This document shows, one piece after another, positions 40,836-49,213 of a DNA stretch of 64,000 bases. How positions within the stretch are numbered: position 1 is the stretch's first letter; each line of letters starts with the position of its first letter. The translations under genes were made by a program, and so were the position numbers. The notes under the pieces are model-generated. The model worked only from the letters and a program-made list of their open reading frames with translations, searched no databases and was not told the origin of the DNA. The DNA comes from a virus, in the IMG/VR virus record IMGVR_UViG_3300027782_000038, one strand, 5' to 3'.

Positions 40836-41654
40836 ATGGAAATTAGTATAAAAACAGAAGAATTAAAAAGTAAATCCATTTTTTGTGCAACACCAATGTA
40901 TGGTGGTATGAACCACGGACTTTACATGAAAGCTTGCCTTGATTTACAAGGTATGTGTATGCAGTATGGTATTCAAATTAAATTCTCATTTTTATTCAAT
41001 GAGTCATTAATTACCCGTGCTAGAAATTATCTCGTAGATGAATTTATTCATCGTTCAGACTGTACACATTTATTGTTTTTAGATTCGGACATTAGCTTTA
41101 ATCCGCAAGATGTTATTGCAATGTTGGCCTTAGATAAAGATGTTATTGGTGGTCCTTATCCAAAGAAAGCCATCAAGTGGCGTTCTGTTGCAAAAGCTTT
41201 AGAAAAGAATCCTCAAATGGATCACTCTATGCTTGAGAAAGTTGCTGGTGATTTCGTATTCAATCCAGTAAAAGGTACTGCACAATTTTCAGTTTCAGAA
41301 CCTTTGTCTGTTCTTGAAATTGGTACTGGTTTCATGATGGTTAAACGTGAAGTCTTTGCTAAGATGACTGAAGAATATCCAACAATTCGATATAAACCAG
41401 ATCATGTTGGCCAAGCAAACTTTGATGGTTCACGTTACATTCACGCTTTCTTTGATACTGTGATTGACACCAAAGAATCTATTACTGGTGGTGGTTCAGA
41501 TCGTTACTTGTCAGAAGATTATATGTTCTGTCAAATGTGGCGTAAAATGGGTGGAGAAATCTTCTTGTGTCCTTGGATGAGAACTGCACACATTGGTACG
41601 TATCACTTCCAAGGTGATATGCCTGCTGTGGCAAATTTTGTCGGAGAAATGTAA
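40836..41654 (+). CDS. GT-A-fold glycosyltransferase-like protein
   Basis: ATPMYGG, SLITRARN, THLLFLDSDI (DxD), GTGFMMVKR and LSEDY.FC motifs. Confidence 0.7.
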   Translation: MEISIKTEELKSKSIFCATPMYGGMNHGLYMKACLDLQGMCMQYGIQIKFSFLFNESLITRARNYLVDEFIHRSDCTHLLFLDSDISFNPQDVIAMLALDKDVIGGPYPKKAIKWRSVAKALEKNPQMDHSMLEKVAGDFVFNPVKGTAQFSVSEPLSVLEIGTGFMMVKREVFAKMTEEYPTIRYKPDHVGQANFDGSRYIHAFFDTVIDTKESITGGGSDRYLSEDYMFCQMWRKMGGEIFLCPWMRTAHIGTYHFQGDMPAVANFVGEM

Positions 41655-42331
41655 TGATTGTGGGTCTTGTCGGTTTCATAGGTTCTGGTAAAGGAACTGC
41701 TGGAGATATCCTAAATGAATTAGGATTTATCAAAGAGAGTTTTGCCGGGTCAGTCAAAGATATCGCCTCCGTTATGTTTGGATGGCCTAGGCACCTACTA
41801 GAAGGTGATACTGATGAGTCCCGCAAATTCAGAGAAGAACCGGATGAAGGATGGTCAAAAAGATTTGGCCGATCTTTTACTCCCCGTGAAGCATTACAAA
41901 AAGTTGGAACAGAAGTCGGCCGTGATTTATTTCACCAAGACTTTTGGGTACAAGCATTAGATGCAAAAGTTGATTTCAAAAAACACTATGTTATTACTGA
42001 TGTTCGTTTTCCAAATGAAATTAATTGGATTCAAGAAAACGGTGGTATCGTAGTTGAAATTCAACGAGGTGAAAATCCTGGGTGGTATGGCAAATTAAAA
42101 GAACTAAAACGCCAAGGATATGAATATGGATTCAGAAAACAAATGATGAATGAATTGGATGTACATGAATCTGAATGGGCTTGGGTCGGTCAAGATATTG
42201 ATTTTAGGATTGACAATAATACCACAAAAGAAGCCTTACAAGATTGCCTCATTGCTGTATTGACAAATCGTTTTGATATGCGTACAATAAGTACATTACA
42301 TAATGGAGAATTAAATGAAGTTATCGAATGA
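41654..42331 (+). CDS. gp1: Deoxynucleoside monophosphate kinase gp1
   Basis: G.IGSGK.T, TPREALQ.VGTE.GR, VITDVRFPNE and H.SE motifs. Confidence 0.9.
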   Translation: MIVGLVGFIGSGKGTAGDILNELGFIKESFAGSVKDIASVMFGWPRHLLEGDTDESRKFREEPDEGWSKRFGRSFTPREALQKVGTEVGRDLFHQDFWVQALDAKVDFKKHYVITDVRFPNEINWIQENGGIVVEIQRGENPGWYGKLKELKRQGYEYGFRKQMMNELDVHESEWAWVGQDIDFRIDNNTTKEALQDCLIAVLTNRFDMRTISTLHNGELNEVIE

Positions 42332-42992
42332 GTCACTAACAATACTCAAGAACTTTGCCACAATCAATAATGGTATTAAGTTTAGAACAGGACAACGACA
42401 GTCAACTATGGCTGAAACAAAGACTATCTTGGCTACTGCAAATTTAACGGAAGAATTTCCGGTTGACTTTTGTATTCATGATTTGAATCAATTTTTATCA
42501 GTACATAATTCTTTGTATAAAGATGCTGGTGAACTTGAGTTTGATGGTAATAACAATGTTATTTTCAGAAAAGGTCGTTATAACACCACATATCGTATGG
42601 CTGATGAATCACAAATCGTAGTTGCACCAGAAAAAGGTATCAACGTTGATGTGTATGATTTATCTTTTACACTTGTAGCTGAAGATTTAGATTGGGTTTT
42701 GAAAACTGCATCTGTTCTTTCGTTACCAAACATTGCTGTACAATCTGATGGTGAGAAAGTAGAAATCTTTACGTTTGATGGCAAAGATGACTCTAAATCA
42801 AACAACACAATTCAGATTGGTGATGGTAACGGAACTAAATTTAAAGTTGTGTTCAAAACTGATTATTGGAAGATGATTCCCGGAACATATCAGGTTGATG
42901 TTACGCTTAAAGGATTCAGTCGTTTTAAGAATTCAAACGGTGCAATTGAGTATGTGATTGCAATCGAAAAGGATATTTCTTCTTTAGGATAA
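42315..42992 (+). CDS. gp45: Sliding clamp gp45
   Basis: MKLS..SL.ILKNFA.IN, F.I.DLNQFL and K.IPG.Y.V motifs. Confidence 0.92.
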   Translation: MKLSNESLTILKNFATINNGIKFRTGQRQSTMAETKTILATANLTEEFPVDFCIHDLNQFLSVHNSLYKDAGELEFDGNNNVIFRKGRYNTTYRMADESQIVVAPEKGINVDVYDLSFTLVAEDLDWVLKTASVLSLPNIAVQSDGEKVEIFTFDGKDDSKSNNTIQIGDGNGTKFKVVFKTDYWKMIPGTYQVDVTLKGFSRFKNSNGAIEYVIAIEKDISSLG

Positions 42993-42997
42993 AAACT

Positions 42998-43192
42998 ATG
43001 TTGATTTGGGTAAAAGAGTCAAGGTCGGGTAATCAAATTGCAATTAACACTAAAAATGTTATTGCAGTTTTTGAGGTTATGGATGAGAATGAATCAAAAG
43101 GTAAAACAGCTTTATCATTAAGCAATGGTACTGTTGTTGTTGAGGATTCTCTATTAGAAGTTGTTGCACGAATTAATGTCGGAGAACAATAA
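42998..43192 (+). CDS. Small FlbD-like hypothetical protein
   Basis: IAIN...I..V.E....T.L.L.NG..VV..S..EVV.RI pattern. Confidence 0.4.
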   Translation: MLIWVKESRSGNQIAINTKNVIAVFEVMDENESKGKTALSLSNGTVVVEDSLLEVVARINVGEQ

Positions 43193-43464
43193 TGGCCGTA
43201 CAGACACTATTCGGTAATTTTACCGATGAACAATTAAAGAACCTCAAAGGTGCAATTGATGAAATGATTGTTGTCATGCACAAGCAGGATGCTTTGAAAC
43301 TTGAAATGAAAGATATCACAGATGCAACTTATGATCTGTTAAAAATCCCTAAGAAAATTCTGCGTAAGATGGCAAGAGTACAATACAAACAATCTTTCCA
43401 AGAAGAAGTTGCTGAATCTAAGGAGTTTGAAGCCTTGTTTGAGGGAATCACGGAGGTTAAATGA
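43192..43464 (+). CDS. Double-stranded DNA-binding protein (T4 DsbA-like)
   Basis: 90-aa helical protein; KDI.......L.I..K...K.A...YK.....E..E..E...LF pattern resembles T4 DsbA. Confidence 0.65.
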   Translation: MAVQTLFGNFTDEQLKNLKGAIDEMIVVMHKQDALKLEMKDITDATYDLLKIPKKILRKMARVQYKQSFQEEVAESKEFEALFEGITEVK

Positions 43465-43682
43465 GAACTGAACAGGAACAACAAGACTTTGAACAAAAAC
43501 AAAAAGATATTGCCAAAGTACATTCAGATTTAGTTTCAAGAATCGGTACACCAAAAAATTCTGAAGAACAACAATTAATTGATGACTCAGAAAAAAATAT
43601 GAAATCGGCAATGGAGAAACTTGTTTTTGAATATATTGGTCCTGAATTTGTTAAGTTGATGCAGGAAAAAGATAGTAGTTAG
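43461..43682 (+). CDS. Hypothetical protein
   Basis: 73-aa ORF with GGAGG RBS. Confidence 0.55.
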   Translation: MRTEQEQQDFEQKQKDIAKVHSDLVSRIGTPKNSEEQQLIDDSEKNMKSAMEKLVFEYIGPEFVKLMQEKDSS

Positions 43683-43713
43683 TAAATTATATTTTATATT
43701 ATGGGAGTAGTGA

Positions 43714-44646
43714 ATGAGTCATTTGTTATGGGTGGAGAAGTACCGTCCACATAAAATTGAAGATTGTATTTTACCTGATGCTCTCAAGGCAACTTTTCAA
43801 GAGTATGTAAACCGAAAAGAGATTCCAAACCTTCTTCTTTCTGGTTCTGCTGGTGTAGGTAAAACTACAGTAGCCAAAGCTTTATGTGATGAAATTGGTT
43901 GTGATTATATCGTCATCAACGGTTCAGATGAATCTGGTATTGATGTATTTCGCAACAAGATTAAGAGTTATGCCTCAGCAATGAGTTTCTCTGGTGGTCG
44001 TAAGGTCATTATTATAGATGAAGCGGACTATCTAAATCCAAATTCAACGCAACCTGCGCTGCGTGGTGCAATCGAGGAGGTTGCAGGTAACTGTTCATTC
44101 ATCTTTACTTGTAATTATAAGAATCGTATCATTGATCCAATTCACTCACGTTGTTCTGTGATTGATTTCAAACTGAATGGTTCTAAAGCCAAGATGGCTG
44201 CACAATTCTTTAAACGTGTGGAATGGATTCTTGAACAAGAAAAGGTTCAATACGACAAAGAAGTTGTTGCCGCAGTTATCACAAAACACTTTCCTGATAA
44301 TCGTAGAATTCTAAATGAACTTCAACGGTATTCTGTATCTGGTGTTATTGATAAAGGTATCTTATCTTCAGTTTCAGATGTTCAACTTGGTGAACTGGTT
44401 AAATCTTTACAAAATAAAGATTTTGGAACTACTCGTAAATGGGTAACTTCAAATTTGGATAATGATCCATCCAAGATTTTTCGTAAATTTTATGATGGCC
44501 TTTATGATTTATTGAAACCAAATTCAGTTCCACAGTTGGTTCTGATTCTTGCTAAGTACCAGTATCAGGCAGCATTCGTAGCAGACCACGAAATCAATAT
44601 GATTGCCTGTTTAACAGAAATCATGATTGATTGTGAGTTTAAGTGA
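43714..44646 (+). CDS. gp44: Clamp loader large subunit gp44
   Basis: LWVEKYRP, GVGKTT, IIDEAD and SRC motifs. Confidence 0.97.
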   Translation: MSHLLWVEKYRPHKIEDCILPDALKATFQEYVNRKEIPNLLLSGSAGVGKTTVAKALCDEIGCDYIVINGSDESGIDVFRNKIKSYASAMSFSGGRKVIIIDEADYLNPNSTQPALRGAIEEVAGNCSFIFTCNYKNRIIDPIHSRCSVIDFKLNGSKAKMAAQFFKRVEWILEQEKVQYDKEVVAAVITKHFPDNRRILNELQRYSVSGVIDKGILSSVSDVQLGELVKSLQNKDFGTTRKWVTSNLDNDPSKIFRKFYDGLYDLLKPNSVPQLVLILAKYQYQAAFVADHEINMIACLTEIMIDCEFK

Positions 44647-45035
44647 TGCCTGACTTATTCAAAGAAATTGTACCATCAATTCTACAAACCAAAAAGAATG
44701 TAATCCGTGATGAAATAGACTTGAAAGATTACAAGGCCTTTATGGTCAACCGAGCCTTGTCTTATCATCTAGATTGTATTTTATACGCCAATGAAATGAA
44801 CGTGCATAACCAACTTGATCCGGATATGCAATATTCTTATCTTCTAAATACTATCAGACCAATGAAACGGAAATTTCAACCGTGGCAAAAGGCTGAAGTA
44901 AATAAAGATTTAGAGTGTGTAAAACAGTATTTTGGTTATTCAAATGAAAAAGCTAAAGATGTTTTGCGGATTCTAAATGATGAACAAATCGCTGAAATAA
45001 AAGCAAAAACAAATAAAGGCGGAGTGATCAAGTAA
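44646..45035 (+). CDS. gp62: Clamp loader small subunit gp62
   Basis: FMVNRALS...D....ANEMN, QY..LLN..R..KR..W.K and YFGYS..KA motifs. Confidence 0.93.
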   Translation: MPDLFKEIVPSILQTKKNVIRDEIDLKDYKAFMVNRALSYHLDCILYANEMNVHNQLDPDMQYSYLLNTIRPMKRKFQPWQKAEVNKDLECVKQYFGYSNEKAKDVLRILNDEQIAEIKAKTNKGGVIK

Positions 45036-45442
45036 TGATTTCAATCTTAGATTTGATTGAAGTTACATTAAACGAAAAAGATGATTTTCTAAAGGTGAGA
45101 GAAACTTTAACTCGTATCGGTGTGGCTTCCAAGAAAGACAAAACACTATACCAATCTTGTCATATTTTACATAAACAAGGTAAGTATTATATTGTACATT
45201 TCAAAGAACTATTTGCTTTGGATGGTAAACCAACTGATATTACCGAAAACGACCTTTCTCGTAGGAATGCCATAGCTAAACTATTGCAGGATTGGGGACT
45301 GGTAAGTATTGTTAATGTGGAAGAATCTGAAGTCCCGGCACCGATATTTTTGTCCCAGGTGAAAATAATTTCTCATAAAGAGAAAGAAGATTGGAATTTA
45401 GTTCCAAAATATAGTATTGGTAAAAAATCCTATATAGCTTGA
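45035..45442 (+). CDS. regA: Translational repressor RegA
   Basis: DDFLKVRETLTRIGVAS and LYQSCHILHKQG.YYIVHFKELF motifs. Confidence 0.97.
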   Translation: MISILDLIEVTLNEKDDFLKVRETLTRIGVASKKDKTLYQSCHILHKQGKYYIVHFKELFALDGKPTDITENDLSRRNAIAKLLQDWGLVSIVNVEESEVPAPIFLSQVKIISHKEKEDWNLVPKYSIGKKSYIA

Positions 45443-45461
45443 CCTGAGTTCCTGAATGTGT

Positions 45462-45506
45462 TATAAATAGAACTGTAGATGCCTTCGGGGTCTACAGTTT
45501 TTTTTT
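45462..45506 (+). promoter_or_regulatory. Late promoter and UUCG hairpin leader of hsp20
   Basis: TATAAATA, then AACTGTAGAT-GCCTTCGGG-GTCTACAGTT and a T tract. Confidence 0.55.
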
Positions 45507-45534
45507 GACAACTCGCTTAATTTAAGGGGAACTT

Positions 45535-45978
45535 ATGACAAGTTACGACAAACGATTTCCATCTCTGGAAAGCTTCCACAAATCTTTAGATCCTTTCACC
45601 ATTGGTTTTGGTGATACCATTGAAACTTTCCGTCAGGCAGCTGAAGCTGCACAGAAAGCATCAGGATACCCTCCATACAATATCAAAAAAGTTAAAGACA
45701 ACAAATATGTCATAGAAATGGCAGTTGCTGGCTTTGGGAAATCAGATATTGAAATTACCACGGAAGGTAAGAAACTGGTAATCAAAGGTTCTGCAAAAGA
45801 TGAGGAAGGAGAATACCTACACAAAGGTATTGCTAACCGTGGATTTAACCGTGAGTTTACACTTGCTGACAAGGTAGAAATTAAAGATGCCGAATTAGCA
45901 AATGGTATGCTTAAAGTATGGTTGGAAAACATGGTGAAGGCTCAAGAGGTCGTTAGGATGATTACCATTAGAGACTAA
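45535..45978 (+). CDS. Small heat-shock protein Hsp20 (IbpA-like)
   Basis: YPPYNI, IEMAVAGF, YLHKGIA.R.F.R.F.LA and A.L.NGML motifs. Confidence 0.95.
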   Translation: MTSYDKRFPSLESFHKSLDPFTIGFGDTIETFRQAAEAAQKASGYPPYNIKKVKDNKYVIEMAVAGFGKSDIEITTEGKKLVIKGSAKDEEGEYLHKGIANRGFNREFTLADKVEIKDAELANGMLKVWLENMVKAQEVVRMITIRD

Positions 45979-45992
45979 TTGGTAATAATGAG

Positions 45993-46055
45993 TGTTGTTT
46001 TTTAGCAACACTCATCAAAAAATCTATTGACAGGACCTATTATCTATAGTATAAT
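45993..46055 (+). promoter_or_regulatory. Sigma70 promoter with upstream palindrome
   Basis: TGTTGT-N6-GCAACA (45993-46010), 16-bp gap, TTGACA-17-TATAAT, then AGAGTCT. Confidence 0.8.
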
Positions 46056-46081
46056 AGAGTCTATACTAGTGGAATTATATT

Positions 46082-46273
46082 ATGAAACAAATGAAATCTA
46101 AACAATCCATCTCCCAAATTATTAACGTCTTTAATCAAGATGTTTATTATACTTGTCCTGATTGGCCTTCAAAAGAAATTGAAGGTGTGGAATTTATCGC
46201 CGTCAAAATGAAGTTGAAAGATCCATTTACAAGATGGATGCGGAAAGATTCTTTTAAAAAGGTGAAACAATGA
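46082..46273 (+). CDS. Hypothetical protein
   Basis: 63-aa ORF downstream of a strong promoter. Confidence 0.55.
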   Translation: MKQMKSKQSISQIINVFNQDVYYTCPDWPSKEIEGVEFIAVKMKLKDPFTRWMRKDSFKKVKQ

Positions 46274-46494
46274 GTAAACTTGACGAAGCAGTACGACAAC
46301 GTAGGTACTTTGATGTTAGTAGTGCATTAGATATTAAATTAGTTAAAAGTTTTTTGATTAAATCTGCTTGGGGAAATACTGGTTGTCCATTTCTTTTAGA
46401 AGAACCTTTTACAAATATTCCAGATATGATTCGTTATAAAATTACCAATGTTTTTTTAGGAATTGAAAATGACAAAGAAACTGTACCTAGTTGA
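46270..46494 (+). CDS. Hypothetical protein
   Basis: 74-aa ORF with ATGA overlap. Confidence 0.55.
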   Translation: MSKLDEAVRQRRYFDVSSALDIKLVKSFLIKSAWGNTGCPFLLEEPFTNIPDMIRYKITNVFLGIENDKETVPS

Positions 46495-46759
46495 AACTAT
46501 TTCCATGTTTCGTCAACGTTATGTTGTGGAAGCCAAAGAAGAAATGGATGCACTAGATGAAGTTGTAGTGAATGCTAGTTCATATAAAGATGGTTGGCAG
46601 GAGTTTTCACAAAAACATCTAGATGAAGTTATTACATCTTCCCGTGAAATTTCAAAAGAACAGTATTTGGAACTTTACGATAAAGACAATGATTATGTAA
46701 CGGCTTGGTCTGATGATATGAAATTTCGTTATATAAACAAAATTGACTATAAAGATTAA
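46469..46759 (+). CDS. Hypothetical protein
   Basis: ORF with AGGA RBS; reads YLVETISMFR.RYVVEA. Confidence 0.6.
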   Translation: MTKKLYLVETISMFRQRYVVEAKEEMDALDEVVVNASSYKDGWQEFSQKHLDEVITSSREISKEQYLELYDKDNDYVTAWSDDMKFRYINKIDYKD

Positions 46760-46760
46760 T

Positions 46761-46835
46761 CTGGCGTTCGTATAGTGGACAATACAGTAGGCTTCTACCC
46801 TTCTAACGGGAGTTCGATTCTCTCACGCCGGACCA
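46761..46835 (+). tRNA. tRNA-Arg(TCT)
   Basis: Cloverleaf; loop CT-TCT-AC, TTCGATT T-loop, CCA. Confidence 0.85.
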
Positions 46836-46845
46836 AAGGATTATT

Positions 46846-47265
46846 ATGTTAGAATGTTTGATTTTAGGTGATAGTATTGCAGTTGGTACTAAAATGTTTA
46901 TGCCACAATGCGAATTACAAGGCAAAGGTGGAATTAACACATGGCAGTTTAATAAGATGTATCCAGGTAGTTTTTATGCAGATACAGTTATTATTAGTCT
47001 TGGTTCAAACGATCACAAATATGTTAAAAGCTATGATGAACTGTTTGAAATTCGCCAACGTGTCGGTGCTAAAAATGTATTTTGGATTTTACCGCATGGT
47101 AATCTTAAAGCACCACAAAACTTACCAGTTGATGAGATTCAAAAAATTGTACGTAATATAGCCGAATACTATGGTGATACGGTGTTACCTATTCGAGGTA
47201 TTAGTACCGACAATATTCATCCTACGGGTAGTGGTTATAAAGATATTGTAACACGGGTTAAATAA
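46846..47265 (+). CDS. SGNH/GDSL-type hydrolase-like protein
   Basis: LILGDSI, LGSND and DNIHP (DxxH) blocks. Confidence 0.75.
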   Translation: MLECLILGDSIAVGTKMFMPQCELQGKGGINTWQFNKMYPGSFYADTVIISLGSNDHKYVKSYDELFEIRQRVGAKNVFWILPHGNLKAPQNLPVDEIQKIVRNIAEYYGDTVLPIRGISTDNIHPTGSGYKDIVTRVK

Positions 47266-47319
47266 TTATGTATAATTAAAAAGAAAGAGATAGAAGATAT
47301 TATAAAAGGTTGTTTTAGT

Positions 47320-47398
47320 GGGCCTATAGCTCAGTCTGGTTAGCAGCAATCGTCTCATAAACGATAGGTCATGGGTTCAAATCCCGTTGGGCCCACCA
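47320..47398 (+). tRNA. tRNA with CAT anticodon, probably Ile2 (lysidine-modified)
   Basis: Ile-like body GGGCCTATAGCTCAG; loop CT-CAT-AA, CCA. Confidence 0.85.
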
Positions 47399-47434
47399 AA
47401 ACATCTTTTTAACTAACGCAGTAAAATGATTTTT

Positions 47435-47517
47435 GGGGGTATGGTGAAATTGGTAGACACACTTGGTTTAAGCCCAAACGCTTCGGCATGAGAGTTCGAA
47501 TCTCTCTACCCCCACCA
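47435..47517 (+). tRNA. tRNA-Leu(TAA)
   Basis: Cloverleaf with variable arm; loop TT-TAA-GC, CCA. Confidence 0.9.
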
Positions 47518-47529
47518 AAAGGATATATT

Positions 47530-47958
47530 ATGAAACAAAAATTTATTGATGCGTACATGGATACAGCAAAAAGATTTGCTCAATTATCCACAGCCAGACG
47601 TTTAAAAGTTGGTGCTATCATTGTAAAAGATGATCGTATCATTTCCATTGGATATAATGGAACACCTCCTGGTTGGCATAATGATTGTGAGTATTGGGTT
47701 GAAGATGGTGATTTGGGTTCCGGTTGGAAAACTAGACCAGAAGTAATTCATGCGGAGGCCAATGCCATCGCTAAACTCGCTAAGAGTTCTGAGTCTGGAG
47801 ATGGTTCCACAATGTTCCTGACCCATTCTCCTTGTATGGATTGTGCTAAACAGATATTTACGGCAGGAATTAAGAAAGTTTATTTCGGTAATAATTACCG
47901 TTCTGATGATGGTATCAATTTCTTAAAGAAGTGTAATGTTGATGTTGAAAAGGTTTAA
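47530..47958 (+). CDS. cd: dCMP deaminase
   Basis: VGAIIV, GYNG, HAEANA and SPCMDC motifs. The true start is ATG 47530 because the ORF-track start lies inside tRNA-Leu. Confidence 0.93.
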   Translation: MKQKFIDAYMDTAKRFAQLSTARRLKVGAIIVKDDRIISIGYNGTPPGWHNDCEYWVEDGDLGSGWKTRPEVIHAEANAIAKLAKSSESGDGSTMFLTHSPCMDCAKQIFTAGIKKVYFGNNYRSDDGINFLKKCNVDVEKV

Positions 47959-48032
47959 AGATAAATACGTTTGTGTGACGATAACTTGGATATGAAATTA
48001 TTAGGTCAACTTTCTAAAGAGGAGAAAACCTG

Positions 48033-48557
48033 ATGCAATTAAGTATAGTTGGTTGTCCTGATAAAAAACTATTCAGACCATACGTCAAACGTGCAATTTT
48101 ATTTTATGCTGAAGAATTGTTTAGTAAGAAAATGTCAGAAAACGTATTTCTACAAGTTAAATTTAATGCTGAATTAGATGTTTATGGTTACGCTTCCGTT
48201 GAAGATTGTAATAGTAGTGGTAAACCAAGAGAATTTTTAGTAGAAATAAATTCAGAAATTGGTGCACCTGATATTTTAAAAACAATTGCACATGAAATGG
48301 TTCATGTTAAACAATTCCTTTATGGTGAAACCAACGAAACATTAACTCGTTGGAAAGGCATGAAGATATCAAGTGATACTAATTACTATTGTCAACCTTG
48401 GGAAATAGAAGCTCATGGAATGGAAGTTAGTTTGTTCTCAAGGTTTGCAATCAAGGAGAAACTTTGGGACGTATTTGAAGGTGTAAATAATCCGGACGGT
48501 CCGGTAAAACAAACGGATATTGGTTGGAAAGAATCATTTTTGAATAGTACGTTGTAA
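48033..48557 (+). CDS. Zinc metallopeptidase-like protein (HExxH)
   Basis: IAHEMVHVKQ and PWEIEA motifs. Confidence 0.7.
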   Translation: MQLSIVGCPDKKLFRPYVKRAILFYAEELFSKKMSENVFLQVKFNAELDVYGYASVEDCNSSGKPREFLVEINSEIGAPDILKTIAHEMVHVKQFLYGETNETLTRWKGMKISSDTNYYCQPWEIEAHGMEVSLFSRFAIKEKLWDVFEGVNNPDGPVKQTDIGWKESFLNSTL

Positions 48558-48621
48558 AAATACAACAAGTTTGGTATATATTAAGAAAAATCTTGCCTAT
48601 ATACATATATAAGAGTATAAT
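48550..48621 (+). promoter_or_regulatory. Sigma70 promoter of the leader peptide, with upstream palindrome
   Basis: CGTTGT-N6-ACAACA (48550-48567); TTGCCT(48593)-17-TATAAT(48616). Confidence 0.6.
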
Positions 48622-48657
48622 TGTTATATTGAATGAATTAAAACAAAAGGAAATATC

Positions 48658-48756
48658 GTGTTATCAATACAGAAACCATCCATGCATACAGAGTATCGCA
48701 CACCGAGCAATTGGTCAGCGATTGGCTTTGATTGCGTCCGTGGGGTTTGTGTATAG
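48658..48756 (+). CDS. Putative attenuator leader peptide MLSIQKPSMHTEYRTPSNWSAIGFDCVRGVCV (contains all 20 amino acids)
   Basis: AAGGA RBS 6 nt before GTG; 32 codons; its 3' end overlaps the antiterminator strand GGGGTTTGT. Confidence 0.75.
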   Translation: MLSIQKPSMHTEYRTPSNWSAIGFDCVRGVCV

Positions 48757-48821
48757 TTAGAAAGTAGTTTCCTCTAAATTTACAAACCCCAAGACCTAAA
48801 AAATCTTGGGGTTTTTCTTTT
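48742..48821 (+). terminator. Attenuator: antiterminator (48742-50 with 48782-90) versus intrinsic terminator (48784-94 with 48804-14, plus U tract)
   Basis: GGGGTTTGT/ACAAACCCC is mutually exclusive with AAACCCCAAGA/TCTTGGGGTTT-TTCTTTT. Confidence 0.8.
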
Positions 48822-48823
48822 CC

Positions 48824-48885
48824 TGTTGTACAAAAACAACACTTTAGAAAATAGTTGTTGACATAGTGTGTGGAACCTGTATAAT
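48824..48885 (+). promoter_or_regulatory. Sigma70 promoter with upstream palindrome
   Basis: TGTTGT-N6-ACAACA, 16-bp gap, TTGACA-16-TATAAT, then AGAGTCT. Confidence 0.8.
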
Positions 48886-48937
48886 AGAGTCTGTTGTGTA
48901 ACAAAACGTTCTTTAAAAATTAGAGTAGTACATATGT

Positions 48938-49013
48938 TGGGGTATCGCCTAGAGGCCTAAGGCATCGGTCTTTGAAATCGAGATCACTGGTTCGAATCCA
49001 GTTACCCCTGCCA
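48938..49013 (+). tRNA. tRNA-Gln(TTG)
   Basis: Cloverleaf; loop CT-TTG-AA, CCA. Confidence 0.92.
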
Positions 49014-49121
49014 TATTGAAGTACATTCAAGGCGTAGCGCACGCTGATATAGTGGACATAGCTAAGCTCTGAACAGGCATTGTTGGCAGGTTCGATTCCT
49101 GCGGAGTGTATTTCAATATGG
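49011..49121 (+). ncRNA. tRNA-like ncRNA (18-bp terminal helix plus T-arm)
   Basis: CCATATTGAAGTACATTC/GAGTGTATTTCAATATGG helix enclosing GCAGG-TTCGATT-CCTGC. Confidence 0.6.
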
Positions 49122-49213
49122 TAAGTAAGAATAGACGAAAAGTCACCGGTGAGACTAGATGCTTTGGCAACAGAGCTAGGTTTATTCTTGTCGATCTTGG
49201 CCAATCGACACCA
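49120..49213 (+). ncRNA. Structured ncRNA candidate ending in ACCA
   Basis: Stems AAGAATAGAC/GTTTATTCTT, GCTTTG-GCAA-CAGAGC and TGTCGAT/ATCGACA, then CCA. Confidence 0.45.

Noticed and set aside
49120-49213. Hammerhead, twister or theta ribozyme, or tmRNA, in the tRNA array
   Set aside because: The catalytic consensus (e.g. CUGAUGA...GAAA) or a tmRNA-sized tag region was not found by eye; the region is kept only as an unassigned structured RNA.
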